A stretch of DNA of 64,000 nt from an uncultured delta proteobacterium. Lineage in GTDB: Bacteria > Desulfobacterota > Binatia > UBA9968. The stretch is from NCBI GenBank assembly GCA_963737905.1, contig CAVTUQ010000038.1:77736-141735 (forward strand). Reading direction: 5' to 3'. The position numbers were made by a program, and so were the translations under genes. Positions 9,684 to 19,516 of this stretch are shown in pieces (within the stretch, counting starts at the first letter, position 1; the number at the start of each line of letters is the position of its first letter). Under the pieces are notes generated by a model that worked only from the letters and a program-made list of their open reading frames with translations, did not search any database and was not told where the DNA came from.

Positions 9684-9811
9684 ACGCCCGATCACTGTCG
9701 CTCTCCTTCATCTATCGACTGAAATCCGCGACCCAATCCATGAAAAAGCTTGACTGGCGGAACGTTTGCAAATATGTGTCTGCCTGATCACCCAGGTAAA
9801 TTGGAGCCATC

Positions 9812-11467
9812 ATGCGTGTTGCAGACGCGGTTGTTGATATCTTCAGGTCGGAGGGAGTTAAATTCGTCGCTGCCTTGCCGGGAGACGACATACTCCCGTT
9901 GTTCGACGCTTTCCACGAAAAGAACGATATCCCATTGATTCTCACGCGCCACGAACAGGCCACGGTCTTCATGGCCGATGGCTACGCTCGGAGCTGCGGC
10001 GAGCCAGGCGTGGCGATGGTGACCAAAGGGCCGGGGCGATGCAATGCCATGACAGCTATTGTCAATGCTTTCACGGACTGCGTGCCTCTTGTCGTTATCT
10101 TCGGTCACAGCTCTCGAAAGCAACTCGCCAAAGGGATGCTGCAAGAAGTACCGTACCTCGATACGTTCCAAACCGTGGCGAAATGGACGTTCAGCATTCC
10201 TTCGCCGGAGCGCGTGCCGGAGGTATTTCGCCGCGCCTTTACCTTGGCGCGCTCAGGTCGCCCGGGGCCGGTGATCATCGAGATCCCGCAGGACATCAGC
10301 ATGGCGCAGGCCGACATCCCTCCTTATACCCGGACCCGCCGCGTGCGCTTCGGTCCCGATCCTTATGACATCGACAAATTGCTTGAGCTGATGCGCGAGT
10401 CGATGCGGCCCCTGATATACGTGGGACGCGGGGCACTCTGGTCAGGTGCGACGGAGGATCTCGTCAGGGTTGCCGAAGCGTTCGCGCTTCCAGTGATGGC
10501 GACGCTTCCTGCCAAGGGTGCCATGCCCGAGGACCATCCCTTATGTCTCGGCCTCGGCGGTTACCCGCGCGCAGTTTACAGCACGGGGCAGTCAAAGAAA
10601 TTCGCCGAGGAGGCGGATCTGGTCATTGCTTTGGGTTGCAGTTTTCGGCAGCACGCGACTTCCAATTGGCTGCCTAAGCCGGCCCACGCGAAGCTCGTCC
10701 AAGTGGACATCGATCCGGCCGAACTGCACAAGAATTACGCCGCGGACCTGGTCATGCTTTCCGATCTCAAACTCTTCTTGCAAGCGCTGCTCCAACAAGG
10801 CACTCAAAAACTGGGCGGGTGGCGCAAAGGGATGAACAGAGTCGTGGCCGAAGAAATTAGCGAGCTCAAAAAGCAATGGATGGATTCCTGGAGCCAACGG
10901 CTGACTTCCGATGAAGTTCCCATAAATCCCTACCGCGCGTGTTGGGAACTGACCAACTGCCTCGATCGCCGCAATTCGATTCTCTTGCACGACGCCGGCG
11001 TCACGCGCGCCTACGTCTCGCACCATTATGAAGCGCTGTTTCCTAATGGCTTTATCGGCTTCGGCGGCACCAGCGCTATGGGCTGGTCCACGCCCGCGGC
11101 CATGGGCGCGAAACTGGCCCATCCAGATAAGACCGTCCTCAATGTCACGGGTGATGGCTCCTTCGGTTTGACCGGCATGGAGATCGAGACTGCAGCGCGT
11201 AACGACATCCGGACTCTGACGGTAATCTTGAACAACCAAAGTCTCGGTGCCAGCCGGGAGACGCTTCACGAGCGTTTTAAGGGACACGAAATCGGCATCT
11301 CGCTCAGAGGCGATTACGCGGCGGTGGCGCGAGCGCTTGGCGCTTATGGCGAGCGGGTCGAGCAGCCGCATGATTTGCGGCCGGCTTTAGGCCGCGCACT
11401 CGCGCACCCCGGGCCGGCATTGTTGGAGGTTGGCGTGAAACCGTTGGAACCGAGACCGTGGAGGTAG
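9812..11467 (+). CDS. Thiamine-diphosphate-dependent enzyme (acetolactate synthase-like superfamily)
   Basis: RHEQATVFMADGYAR, GPG, GRPGPV and GDGSF...LNN ThDP motif. Confidence 0.9.
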   Translation: MRVADAVVDIFRSEGVKFVAALPGDDILPLFDAFHEKNDIPLILTRHEQATVFMADGYARSCGEPGVAMVTKGPGRCNAMTAIVNAFTDCVPLVVIFGHSSRKQLAKGMLQEVPYLDTFQTVAKWTFSIPSPERVPEVFRRAFTLARSGRPGPVIIEIPQDISMAQADIPPYTRTRRVRFGPDPYDIDKLLELMRESMRPLIYVGRGALWSGATEDLVRVAEAFALPVMATLPAKGAMPEDHPLCLGLGGYPRAVYSTGQSKKFAEEADLVIALGCSFRQHATSNWLPKPAHAKLVQVDIDPAELHKNYAADLVMLSDLKLFLQALLQQGTQKLGGWRKGMNRVVAEEISELKKQWMDSWSQRLTSDEVPINPYRACWELTNCLDRRNSILLHDAGVTRAYVSHHYEALFPNGFIGFGGTSAMGWSTPAAMGAKLAHPDKTVLNVTGDGSFGLTGMEIETAARNDIRTLTVILNNQSLGASRETLHERFKGHEIGISLRGDYAAVARALGAYGERVEQPHDLRPALGRALAHPGPALLEVGVKPLEPRPWR

Positions 11468-11509
11468 GGGGATACGAACACTAGCACGTGGATTTGGGGG
11501 AACTTTGAC

Positions 11510-12751
11510 ATGCTTTACAATCGCGATCGTTTATTCGCGCTAATGGATAAATACGATTTGGCAGGCGTCGTCGCGGCGACGCCGGAGAACGTCTATTATT
11601 TGAGCGGCCACGCTTCGTGGAGCCAGAACGGCTACCGCTATGGCGGCTCGCAGGTCTATGTGGTTTTCCCGCACGACACTGCGCAATCGCCGGCGTTACT
11701 TATTCCCGGCGGCGACGTCGGCTATGCGGCCTTGGATGAAGTGTGGCTCAGGGAAGTCTACACTTACGGGCGCCCGCGCAAGCACCACGTTTCCGACATG
11801 GAGAAGTTATCTTTAGAAGAAAGACGCACGGTGGAAATCACCCAAGGGGAACCTAAAGGGCCGACGGCGGAGAAAGCGCTTGCCCAGTTGATCAAAGACA
11901 AAGGCATGGGCCGAGGTCGGATCGGCATGGACCACTTCGGGATTCCTCTGACGATCTACGAAACGATTCGATCGTTTCTGCCGGAAGCCAAGCTGCAACC
12001 GGCATCGAGTTTTTTCCGCTATGTGCGCATGATCAAAACGCCCGGCGAAATTCAGAGGTTGCGGGAGTCGGCCGAGCTCAACGAACAAGCGATCAATACT
12101 ATGCTGAGGGCCGCGAAACCCGGGGTGAGAGAGAGCGAGCTTGCCGGGATCTACAAAGCTGAGATAGCAAGAGCCGGCGGGCAGGTTTACTGGATGCATA
12201 TGGCCGTCAGCCGCGGCGGCAACTTTCCCGCCATCAAAGATAAAATTTTGCAGGAGGGCGATATCTTCCGCGTCGACATGGGTTGCTCCATCAATGGCTA
12301 CCATGCGGACGTTTGCAAATCCGGCTGTGTAGGAGCGGAACCGACCGATGAGCATCGCAAGCGTTACGACGCCGTTCAGGCGGGGGTGCTGAGATCGGTG
12401 GAAGCGCTCAAACCCGGAGCGCGACCGCAAGATCTCTACGAAACCATGGTTCAGGGAGTGCGCGCGGCGGGAATTCCGAACTATTCAAATTTCTTCCTGG
12501 GGCACACTATCGGTCTCGAAGCGAGAGAATTTCCGTTCTTGATCGGGCCTGCAGAGGAAGTGAATGATCCATTCCTGCCCAACACGACCAACATTCCTAT
12601 GGAGCCCGGCATGACGGTTAACCTGGAAGCCTCCAGTCACGAAGTCGGTTGGGGCACTGTGCAAGTCGAATACACGTTGGCAGTAACGAACAATGGCCAC
12701 GAACATCTGATCAAGCCGGACCAGAAATTGTTCACCTTGCCGTTACGCTGA
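11510..12751 (+). CDS. M24 (Xaa-Pro peptidase/creatinase-like) hydrolase
   Basis: PENVYYLSG, RMIKTPGEI, D..GYHAD, GHTIGLE and EPGM..NLE pita-bread motifs. Confidence 0.85.
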   Translation: MLYNRDRLFALMDKYDLAGVVAATPENVYYLSGHASWSQNGYRYGGSQVYVVFPHDTAQSPALLIPGGDVGYAALDEVWLREVYTYGRPRKHHVSDMEKLSLEERRTVEITQGEPKGPTAEKALAQLIKDKGMGRGRIGMDHFGIPLTIYETIRSFLPEAKLQPASSFFRYVRMIKTPGEIQRLRESAELNEQAINTMLRAAKPGVRESELAGIYKAEIARAGGQVYWMHMAVSRGGNFPAIKDKILQEGDIFRVDMGCSINGYHADVCKSGCVGAEPTDEHRKRYDAVQAGVLRSVEALKPGARPQDLYETMVQGVRAAGIPNYSNFFLGHTIGLEAREFPFLIGPAEEVNDPFLPNTTNIPMEPGMTVNLEASSHEVGWGTVQVEYTLAVTNNGHEHLIKPDQKLFTLPLR

Positions 12752-12945
12752 CTAGGGTCGGTGGGGTCGCCGCGAGGCGCGGCACCTGCTCCGACACCAA
12801 CGAAAGCCTGCTCCGAATAGATGGCCAGGGACGCCATCTCGTACTTATCCAACTTTTCTTGCGCCAGCAGGTTGATTCTTGCGCATAGCTTGATAAAGAT
12901 TCTCAGAACCAGTTTATTGCAGCCACAAGAGGGGAGGGTGCTACG

Positions 12946-13605
12946 ATGAGAGCAAGTATTTTTTCAATGGGTGCAATTGTACTCACCGCGTGCCTAGTTA
13001 CCACTGCCGCGCACGCCGATATGCAAGATGACATCAACCAGGCTGTTTCGGTTCTTGATCACTTCCAGGCGATCCCTGAATCAGCAATTCCGGATGTGAT
13101 CCTGCGCGAGGCGAAAGGCCTGGCAATCCTTACTGTCACAAAAGCTGGATTCGTCTTCAGTGGCAGAGGCGGGACCGGCATTGTCGTTGCGCGAACGGAG
13201 AAGGGTTGGAGCGGTCCCTCGGCAATCGGCGCGGGAGGGATGGGATTCGGCTTTCAGGCTGGGGCTCAAGTCTCTGAGCTCGTGTTTGTCCTCAACACTC
13301 CTGATGCCGTCGTCGCGTTCGCGAAAGGGGGTAACGTCACCCTCGGGGGCGCCATGAGCTTAGCGACGGGTCCCGTGGGACGTGACCTCGAAGGCAGCAT
13401 GACCCTGGGGGCGGTTATATATACTTATAGCCGAAGCCAAGGATTATTCGCCGGCGTTTCCTTGGAGGGTACGGTAGTCTACACCCGGGACGAGGCCAAC
13501 GCGGAATTTTACGGTAAACCGGTCCAGTCAAGAGAGATTCTCTCGGGCAGCATAGCGCCGCCGGCCGGTGCAGAGAAGTTGCTAAAGTTTCTCTCCAAAT
13601 ACTGA
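12946..13605 (+). CDS. Lipid-binding SYLF (Ysc84) domain protein, secreted
   Basis: KAGFVFSGRGGTG, WSGPS, GFQAG and YSRSQGLFAGVSLEG. Confidence 0.9.
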   Translation: MRASIFSMGAIVLTACLVTTAAHADMQDDINQAVSVLDHFQAIPESAIPDVILREAKGLAILTVTKAGFVFSGRGGTGIVVARTEKGWSGPSAIGAGGMGFGFQAGAQVSELVFVLNTPDAVVAFAKGGNVTLGGAMSLATGPVGRDLEGSMTLGAVIYTYSRSQGLFAGVSLEGTVVYTRDEANAEFYGKPVQSREILSGSIAPPAGAEKLLKFLSKY

Positions 13606-13612
13606 GCGCAGC

Positions 13613-14050
13613 TCAGAATCCCATTCTGGATTTCTGGTTTTCATACAAGACCTTCATCAGCTCGGCGCACTCCGATGTGGACATGAGCTTCTGCCATGAC
13701 GGCAGATTGTTACCTACTCGGTCGGTGAGAACCGCGTAATCGTTAAGGACTGTCATGAGAATTTCTCTTACCGGACCATTTCTCAGTTCTGGCTCATTGA
13801 CAAGTTTTTTGTACAATGCCTCATCGAGAACATGAGCGTCAAAAGTTTTACCGCCGCCGCTTCGAATCTGAAAATCATACTGTGAGAGTAACTGCTCCAA
13901 TCCGTTTACGTATCCCAACACAAAGATTTCTCGAATATCCTTGTCTGATGCCATCCATTGTCGGCCCGTGATTTCTGTCATAGTCTGAGCCGAAGCTGAG
14001 GCTGCCCACGCTAAAAATGCGGCGGGCACGATAAGGTTTCTAATCTTCAT
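13613..14050 (-). CDS. Hypothetical exported protein
   Basis: ATG at 14050 with GGAG upstream; signal peptide MKIRNLIVPAAFLAWAASASA. Confidence 0.6.
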   Translation of the reverse strand: MKIRNLIVPAAFLAWAASASAQTMTEITGRQWMASDKDIREIFVLGYVNGLEQLLSQYDFQIRSGGGKTFDAHVLDEALYKKLVNEPELRNGPVREILMTVLNDYAVLTDRVGNNLPSWQKLMSTSECAELMKVLYENQKSRMGF

Positions 14051-14261
14051 GCGACTCTCCCTCCGGCTTGTGATAAGAGCATCGGATGTGCCATTAGGCA
14101 GAACCGGCAAATATGGAGTATGACGGACGGTTCAAGAACTAGCGGTAAACTCCGCTGTGAGGTGGTAGAGGTAGAACTGCCTTCTGTTGGCTATCCGGGT
14201 GCGTTTTAGCCCGACGGTTCCCACTTAGGTGATGGCGGGGAGCTTACGCGGAGTTTGATTG

Positions 14262-14290
14262 TTGACAGTACGCTCTACGCACGATAGCTT
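14262..14290 (+). promoter_or_regulatory. Sigma70-type promoter upstream of the dioxygenase cluster
   Basis: TTGACA, 17 bp, TAGCTT. Confidence 0.5.
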
Positions 14291-14434
14291 CGCGTTGCTC
14301 GTAACACGCGAGTCCCATAACGTGGCTCTTTGGCGTCTATTAGGTACTCTTGCGTACCCTTGTGATGAAATGGCCCGAGGGGTGACGGAAAGTATTCTGG
14401 CGGTCAGAGGCTACTTCTGAAAGGAAGGTCTACC

Positions 14435-15319
14435 ATGGCGACTATCCACGATATTGTGCAGGTCGGGGTCGGCGTGCCGGATCGCGAAAGATTCGAGAAA
14501 TTTGCGCGTGACATGCTGGGATTTCCTGTCGCCAGATCGCCGGACGAAAAGGTCACCTATGTGAGGCCGGATCACTATCAGCATCGCATTGCAGCAAGTG
14601 CGGCTTCGGAACCGGTTCTGCGCTATATCGGATTTGACGTCGGAGGGCCTGAAGAGCTTGCCGAGTGGGAGACGAAGCTCACAGCCGAAGGGATCGATTG
14701 GCGCCCCAGCACTCCGGAAGAGTGTGTCGAACGACATTTGACCGATTTTATCGAATTCAAGGACCCCGATGGACACCGTCTAGCTTTGTCGTATGGCTTT
14801 GAGGTCGACAAAGAGCCGGTGCACTATACCCGTGATCTCAGGGTTCTCCGCTTGGGCCACGTGCTGCTAACGGTAAAGGATACCCAGCGAACGCATGATT
14901 TTTACACCGGTGTGTTGGGCTTTCGTCTGAGTGATTGGGTAATCGTGGACGACAGCGTTCGTTTGTGCTTCTTGCGCTGTAACGCCCGCCATCACAGTAT
15001 GGCTTTCGCTCCATGCATGCCAGGCAAGTCTCCGAGGCTGCAGCACGTCATGCTCGAAGTGGAATCGCTCGATGATGTGATGCGCTCCTATCACTTCCTG
15101 CGCATCCACAAGGCACCCATCGGTATGGGACCCGGCCGGCACATCAACTGTCAGACCGTCCATGTTTATGTCCAAACTCCTGGCGGATTTGCCGTGGAGT
15201 TTGGCTGGGGCCACCGCCGTCTCGACGACGTCCTACACCAGCCGGTCGTCTATCCCCCGGGCAGTCCCATCGATATCTGGGGAGGGGACATCCAGAGCCC
15301 GGAATTCGAGCTTGGATAG
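14435..15319 (+). CDS. Type I extradiol ring-cleavage dioxygenase (BphC/HsaC-like VOC)
   Basis: LGHVLL, FLRCNARHHS, LQHVMLE, GRH and YVQTPGGFAVEFG Fe(II) ligand motifs. Confidence 0.88.
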   Translation: MATIHDIVQVGVGVPDRERFEKFARDMLGFPVARSPDEKVTYVRPDHYQHRIAASAASEPVLRYIGFDVGGPEELAEWETKLTAEGIDWRPSTPEECVERHLTDFIEFKDPDGHRLALSYGFEVDKEPVHYTRDLRVLRLGHVLLTVKDTQRTHDFYTGVLGFRLSDWVIVDDSVRLCFLRCNARHHSMAFAPCMPGKSPRLQHVMLEVESLDDVMRSYHFLRIHKAPIGMGPGRHINCQTVHVYVQTPGGFAVEFGWGHRRLDDVLHQPVVYPPGSPIDIWGGDIQSPEFELG

Positions 15320-15354
15320 CACCGCACCCTTCATCATGAACTAGGGAGGAAACG

Positions 15355-16350
15355 ATGAAAACGATTCGCTTACTGGGCCTTCTGATTCTCGCTGGCATTC
15401 TTATTTCGCCGGCATCCGTGTTCGCGCAGAAAACCGTCGTCGCCTGGACTGCCGTTAGCGCGCTCAATTCTCCGTATTGGGTCATGAAAGAGGCCGGCTT
15501 CTTTAAGCAAGAAGACCTGGACGTAGATTTGATTTATATTCCCAGCTCGGCGACGGTAGCGCAGGCGATGCTGGCGGGAGAAGTCGCGGTCTCGGCGGCC
15601 AATAGCCAAGTCGTAACGGACAGCGGGCTTCAGGGCGGGGATCTTGTGTCGATGGGGGCGATTGTCAACGTCGTGGCCTTCTATGTCATGGCGGTTCCGG
15701 AAATCAAACGCATCGAAGACCTCAAGGGGAAACCCGTCGGTGTAACCCGCTTTGGCGCTTCCACTGACTTTGGGATAAGGATGCTATTGTCCAAGTATGG
15801 ACTCGTGGCGGGTCGTGACGTCCCGATACTTCAGATCGGCGGGATGCCGGAGATCGCCAGTGCGCTCTCAAAGCGGTCGATCTATGCGGCGCCGATGTCA
15901 TATCCGATGGCTTACGTGGCCGAGCAAGCCGGCGTAAAGATGCTCGCCAATCTCGCGAAGGAAGATATTCCGTTCATGCACGTCGGGCTCACCACGACGC
16001 GCAAGTTTCTCCGAGAAAATAGAAGCCGTGCCAAAGCGATCCTGCGCGCCTATGGACGCGCGGTTCATTTCATGCACACCAAGAAGGAAGAAACCAAATC
16101 CATCTTCGCCCGCTACACCAAGGTCACTGATCCGGGAATGTTGGAAGGCAGCCTCCAGTACGCCTACGACTTTGTCGAGAAAGTCCCTCTGGTGAAGGCC
16201 AAAGCTTTTCAGGTGACTCTAGAACAAATTGCCCTGAAGAACCCCAAAGCCAAGCAAGCCAAACCGGAGGAGTTTTTTGACAATAGCCTTGTGCAGGAAC
16301 TTGTAAACGAAGGGTTTTTCACGTCGCTTTGGGGGAAAAATCCGTTGTGA
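15355..16350 (+). CDS. ABC-type substrate-binding protein, SsuA/THI5-like
   Basis: Signal peptide; WVMKEAGFFKQEDLDV, DLKGKPVGVTRFGAST and FDNSLVQEL. Confidence 0.85.
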   Translation: MKTIRLLGLLILAGILISPASVFAQKTVVAWTAVSALNSPYWVMKEAGFFKQEDLDVDLIYIPSSATVAQAMLAGEVAVSAANSQVVTDSGLQGGDLVSMGAIVNVVAFYVMAVPEIKRIEDLKGKPVGVTRFGASTDFGIRMLLSKYGLVAGRDVPILQIGGMPEIASALSKRSIYAAPMSYPMAYVAEQAGVKMLANLAKEDIPFMHVGLTTTRKFLRENRSRAKAILRAYGRAVHFMHTKKEETKSIFARYTKVTDPGMLEGSLQYAYDFVEKVPLVKAKAFQVTLEQIALKNPKAKQAKPEEFFDNSLVQELVNEGFFTSLWGKNPL

Positions 16351-16394
16351 GATAAGGCCAAGCGGCCGGGTCACTAAGCAGAAAGGATCAGGTC

Positions 16395-16937
16395 ATGGGA
16401 CGCTTGCCAGATGTCGATGAAGGCAAACTCTCTTCGGAGCAGCGACGAATTTACGAGCAAATAATGGGCGCCCGTGGCCATATGCGCGGCCCCTTCGCGG
16501 TTTGGTTGCGCAACGCTGAGCTCTGCGAAAACACGCTCAAGTTGCAGGAAATGTTTGCTTCACGAGTGAACGTTGAACGAAGGTTGCTCGAGTTGATGAT
16601 CCTGATTTCGGCGCGGCTGGCCAGCGCGAAATATGCCTGGTTCATACACGAGCCCCACGCGATTAAGTTCGGCATCTCACCCGATATCGTCCAAGCCATC
16701 CGCGAAGGTCGCACGCCGGAATTCACCTGCGAGGACGAGCGCCTCGTCTATGACATCACCCAGGAACTCAGCACCACCCGGTCGCTATCTGAGACAAATT
16801 ACCATCGCGGCATGGCGATCCTCGGGGAACAGCGAATGGTCGAGCTCGTCAGCGCGATCGGCTTTTACGTAATGGTTGCGATGACACTAAATGCATTCGC
16901 CGTTTCGGTTCCCGAAGGCAAGGAACCATGGGCTTAA
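16395..16937 (+). CDS. Carboxymuconolactone decarboxylase / AhpD-like family protein
   Basis: GPFAVWLR, ELMIL..AR..YAWFIH and VELVSAIGFY..VAMTLN. Confidence 0.8.
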   Translation: MGRLPDVDEGKLSSEQRRIYEQIMGARGHMRGPFAVWLRNAELCENTLKLQEMFASRVNVERRLLELMILISARLASAKYAWFIHEPHAIKFGISPDIVQAIREGRTPEFTCEDERLVYDITQELSTTRSLSETNYHRGMAILGEQRMVELVSAIGFYVMVAMTLNAFAVSVPEGKEPWA

Positions 16938-16996
16938 GAACGCAATGGTTCAAGTGGGCCCGCGTGGCATGACGCCGCAGCCTTACCGCACGCGAC

Positions 16997-18238
16997 ATGC
17001 CGCAGAACAACAAGTCGAGTCGTTCTCCCTTCCGCCATCGAGACTTTCGTATTTTCTGGACGGGCTCGTTTTTTTCCAGCATCGGCACCCAATTCACCAC
17101 GGTGGCGATGGCGTGGCAAATTTACGAATTGACCAACTCACCCTTTCAAATCGGTCTGCTTGGATTGGCGCGCGCTCTGCCGCAGATTTTTCTATTGTTG
17201 TTCGCCGGACTCCTCGCTGACGCCGTCAACCGTCGCAAACTCATGATATGCACGCAGACGGGACTCTTCTGGGTCTCGGCGACCTTGGCTATGCTCACCT
17301 ACTCAGGCATAGCCTCGCCGCAACTGCTTTACATCGCGACGATGTTGCTCGCGCTGTTCAGCTCATTGGAGCAGCCTTCGCGCCAATCCCTTATCCCCAA
17401 CCTGGTGCCGCGCGAGGATCTGGCGCAAGCGCTCGCGCTCCAGGGCACCCAGCGCTATGTGCCGATGATCGCCGGGCCGTCGCTGGCGGGCATTGTATTG
17501 GCCTTTTTCGGTCCGGCCGCTTGTTACACCATCGACGCTCTGTCGTGGCTCGCGATGCTGCTGGCCTTGCTGCTCTTAAGAACCAAGATCTCCCAGGGCG
17601 GTGGTATGCGGGCGGTTTCGCTCCGGTCCCTTAAAGAAGGGATCGGTTTTGTGTGGGGACATGGGATCATTCTGCCGTTGATGCTGTTGGATTTCGGGGC
17701 GACTTTCTTCGGCAACGTTCGCGGGCTATTGCCGATATTCGCGCGCGATATTCTATTCGTCGGCCCCACAGGACTCGGCGCGCTTTATGCCGCCAGAGCC
17801 GTGGGCTCGGTCTGCGCGGCCGCGGCCATGAGTCTTCGCGGCCCGGTGCGGCGCAGCGGCCTGTGGGTATTTATCGGTGTCGCTATTTACGGGGTTGCGA
17901 CGGTTTTATTCGCCTATTCCGGCATGTTTTGGTTTTCCGTATTGATGCTCACTTTGACCGGCGTTGGAGATACGATCAGCTCGATCCTTCGCGGCACCAT
18001 CAACCAGTTGCAGACTCCGGACGAGTTGCGCGGCAGGATGTCCTCCATCAATGGCATTTTTACCATGAGCGGCCCGCAGCTAGGCCAATTCGAAATCGGA
18101 ATCATCGCCGCCTGGCTAGGCAGCGAGATGGCGGCGCTGACCGGAGGGCTCGCGTGCTTGGCCATTCTAGTCACCGTTTCTGCTATTTTCCCTTACGTAG
18201 GTCGCTTCCGGATTCACGCCGAGTTCGCTCCCGAGTGA
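16997..18238 (+). CDS. MFS transporter (EntS/MFS_3-like)
   Basis: About 12 TM segments; FRHRDFRIFW, G.LADAVNRRK and TPDELRGRMSS. Confidence 0.88.
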   Translation: MPQNNKSSRSPFRHRDFRIFWTGSFFSSIGTQFTTVAMAWQIYELTNSPFQIGLLGLARALPQIFLLLFAGLLADAVNRRKLMICTQTGLFWVSATLAMLTYSGIASPQLLYIATMLLALFSSLEQPSRQSLIPNLVPREDLAQALALQGTQRYVPMIAGPSLAGIVLAFFGPAACYTIDALSWLAMLLALLLLRTKISQGGGMRAVSLRSLKEGIGFVWGHGIILPLMLLDFGATFFGNVRGLLPIFARDILFVGPTGLGALYAARAVGSVCAAAAMSLRGPVRRSGLWVFIGVAIYGVATVLFAYSGMFWFSVLMLTLTGVGDTISSILRGTINQLQTPDELRGRMSSINGIFTMSGPQLGQFEIGIIAAWLGSEMAALTGGLACLAILVTVSAIFPYVGRFRIHAEFAPE

Positions 18239-18412
18239 TCAACAGGAGTTCCTGCCACTAATCGCGAGAATTTTCCCGAAGGGCGAGAAACCTTCGCTTT
18301 GCAGCAGCGGTTCTCTTGACACCTTCATTGACCCGGCAATATGATCCGCGCGTACGTCCGGCCGATAGAGTTGGTTATAACGCCTGGCTCTTAGGCAGTC
18401 TGGAGAAACGCT

Positions 18413-19441
18413 ATGACTAGTTTCGCGCTTGCGCTGTTGTTGCTTCTAGCATCGATATCCAACCTTCAAGCTCAGACTCCTTTTTATCAAGGAAAAACCA
18501 TCAGGATCGTCGTCGGCAATCTTGCGGGAGATGCCTATGATCTGTGGGCAAGGATCTTCGCCCAATATATGGGCAAGTACATCCCGGGGAATCCAAATTT
18601 CATTGTGCAGAACATGACCGGAGCGGGCGGCGTGACGGCAGCCAACTATGTTTATGCCGTTGCCAAACCCGATGGTCTGACGATGGGGACATTCGGTCCG
18701 TCGATGTATTTTGATCAACTTTCAGGACGTAAAGAAGTTCAGTTTGACTGGTCCAAGTTCACCTGGATAGGCACGCCGGAGCAAACCGAGTTTATTTTAG
18801 TCATGAGGACGGATAATCCGTACAAATCCATTGAGGATATCCGCAAAGCGGCGGTGCCGCCCAAGTGCGGTGCCACGGGAACGAGCACTTCCGGCTATTA
18901 CATCCCGAAGTTCTTGGACGAGGGTATGGGGATCAAATTCAACATCGTCACCGGTTACCCGGGCGGCGGTGAGATTGATCTCGGCATCGAGCGCGGCGAG
19001 TTGCAGTGCCGCAATTTGACGATCAGTACGTATTTTGCGCGCGAGCCCTTTTTAACCTGGCACAAAAACGGCTTTGTTCGCCCGATCATGCAAACGCCAA
19101 AGAAGCGAGATGCAAGAGTTTCCGATGTCCCAACCATTTATGAGTTGATGGACCAATACAAGACGCCTGAAATTAACCGCCGGGTGGCCACGGTCCTGCT
19201 CGCCCCGGCAATTTTTGGCAGGCCCATGGTGGCCACGCCGGGTGTTCCTCCGGACAGGGTAAAAATCTTACGTGACGCCTATCACACGTCGCTCAAAGAT
19301 CCGGCGTTGCTGGAAGAGCTGAAGAAAAGACGATGGGAGGTGGATGCGATCAGCGGGGAAGAAATGGCCAATCTGGCGAAGGAGGTGATTTCCCAGCCGC
19401 CGGAGGTCATTGAGCGGATGAAGAAACTGCTGGGAAATTAG
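18413..19441 (+). CDS. Bug/TctC family tripartite tricarboxylate transporter substrate-binding protein
   Basis: FYQGKTIRIVVG, IPGNP.FIVQNMTGAGG, KPDGLT and PGVPPDRVKILR. Confidence 0.88.
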   Translation: MTSFALALLLLLASISNLQAQTPFYQGKTIRIVVGNLAGDAYDLWARIFAQYMGKYIPGNPNFIVQNMTGAGGVTAANYVYAVAKPDGLTMGTFGPSMYFDQLSGRKEVQFDWSKFTWIGTPEQTEFILVMRTDNPYKSIEDIRKAAVPPKCGATGTSTSGYYIPKFLDEGMGIKFNIVTGYPGGGEIDLGIERGELQCRNLTISTYFAREPFLTWHKNGFVRPIMQTPKKRDARVSDVPTIYELMDQYKTPEINRRVATVLLAPAIFGRPMVATPGVPPDRVKILRDAYHTSLKDPALLEELKKRRWEVDAISGEEMANLAKEVISQPPEVIERMKKLLGN

Positions 19442-19516
19442 CGCACGACTAAATTCAGTCGTCAGAATACGTTACGTTTAGCTCCGAGAGTTTGGAATCG
19501 GCGCAGTTGTGCGAGG

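Noticed and set aside
14160-14430. Lysine or SAM-I riboswitch (AGAGGT and TGGCCCGA...CTGAAAG fragments)
   Set aside because: Only isolated short matches; the remaining conserved cores and helix order are missing.
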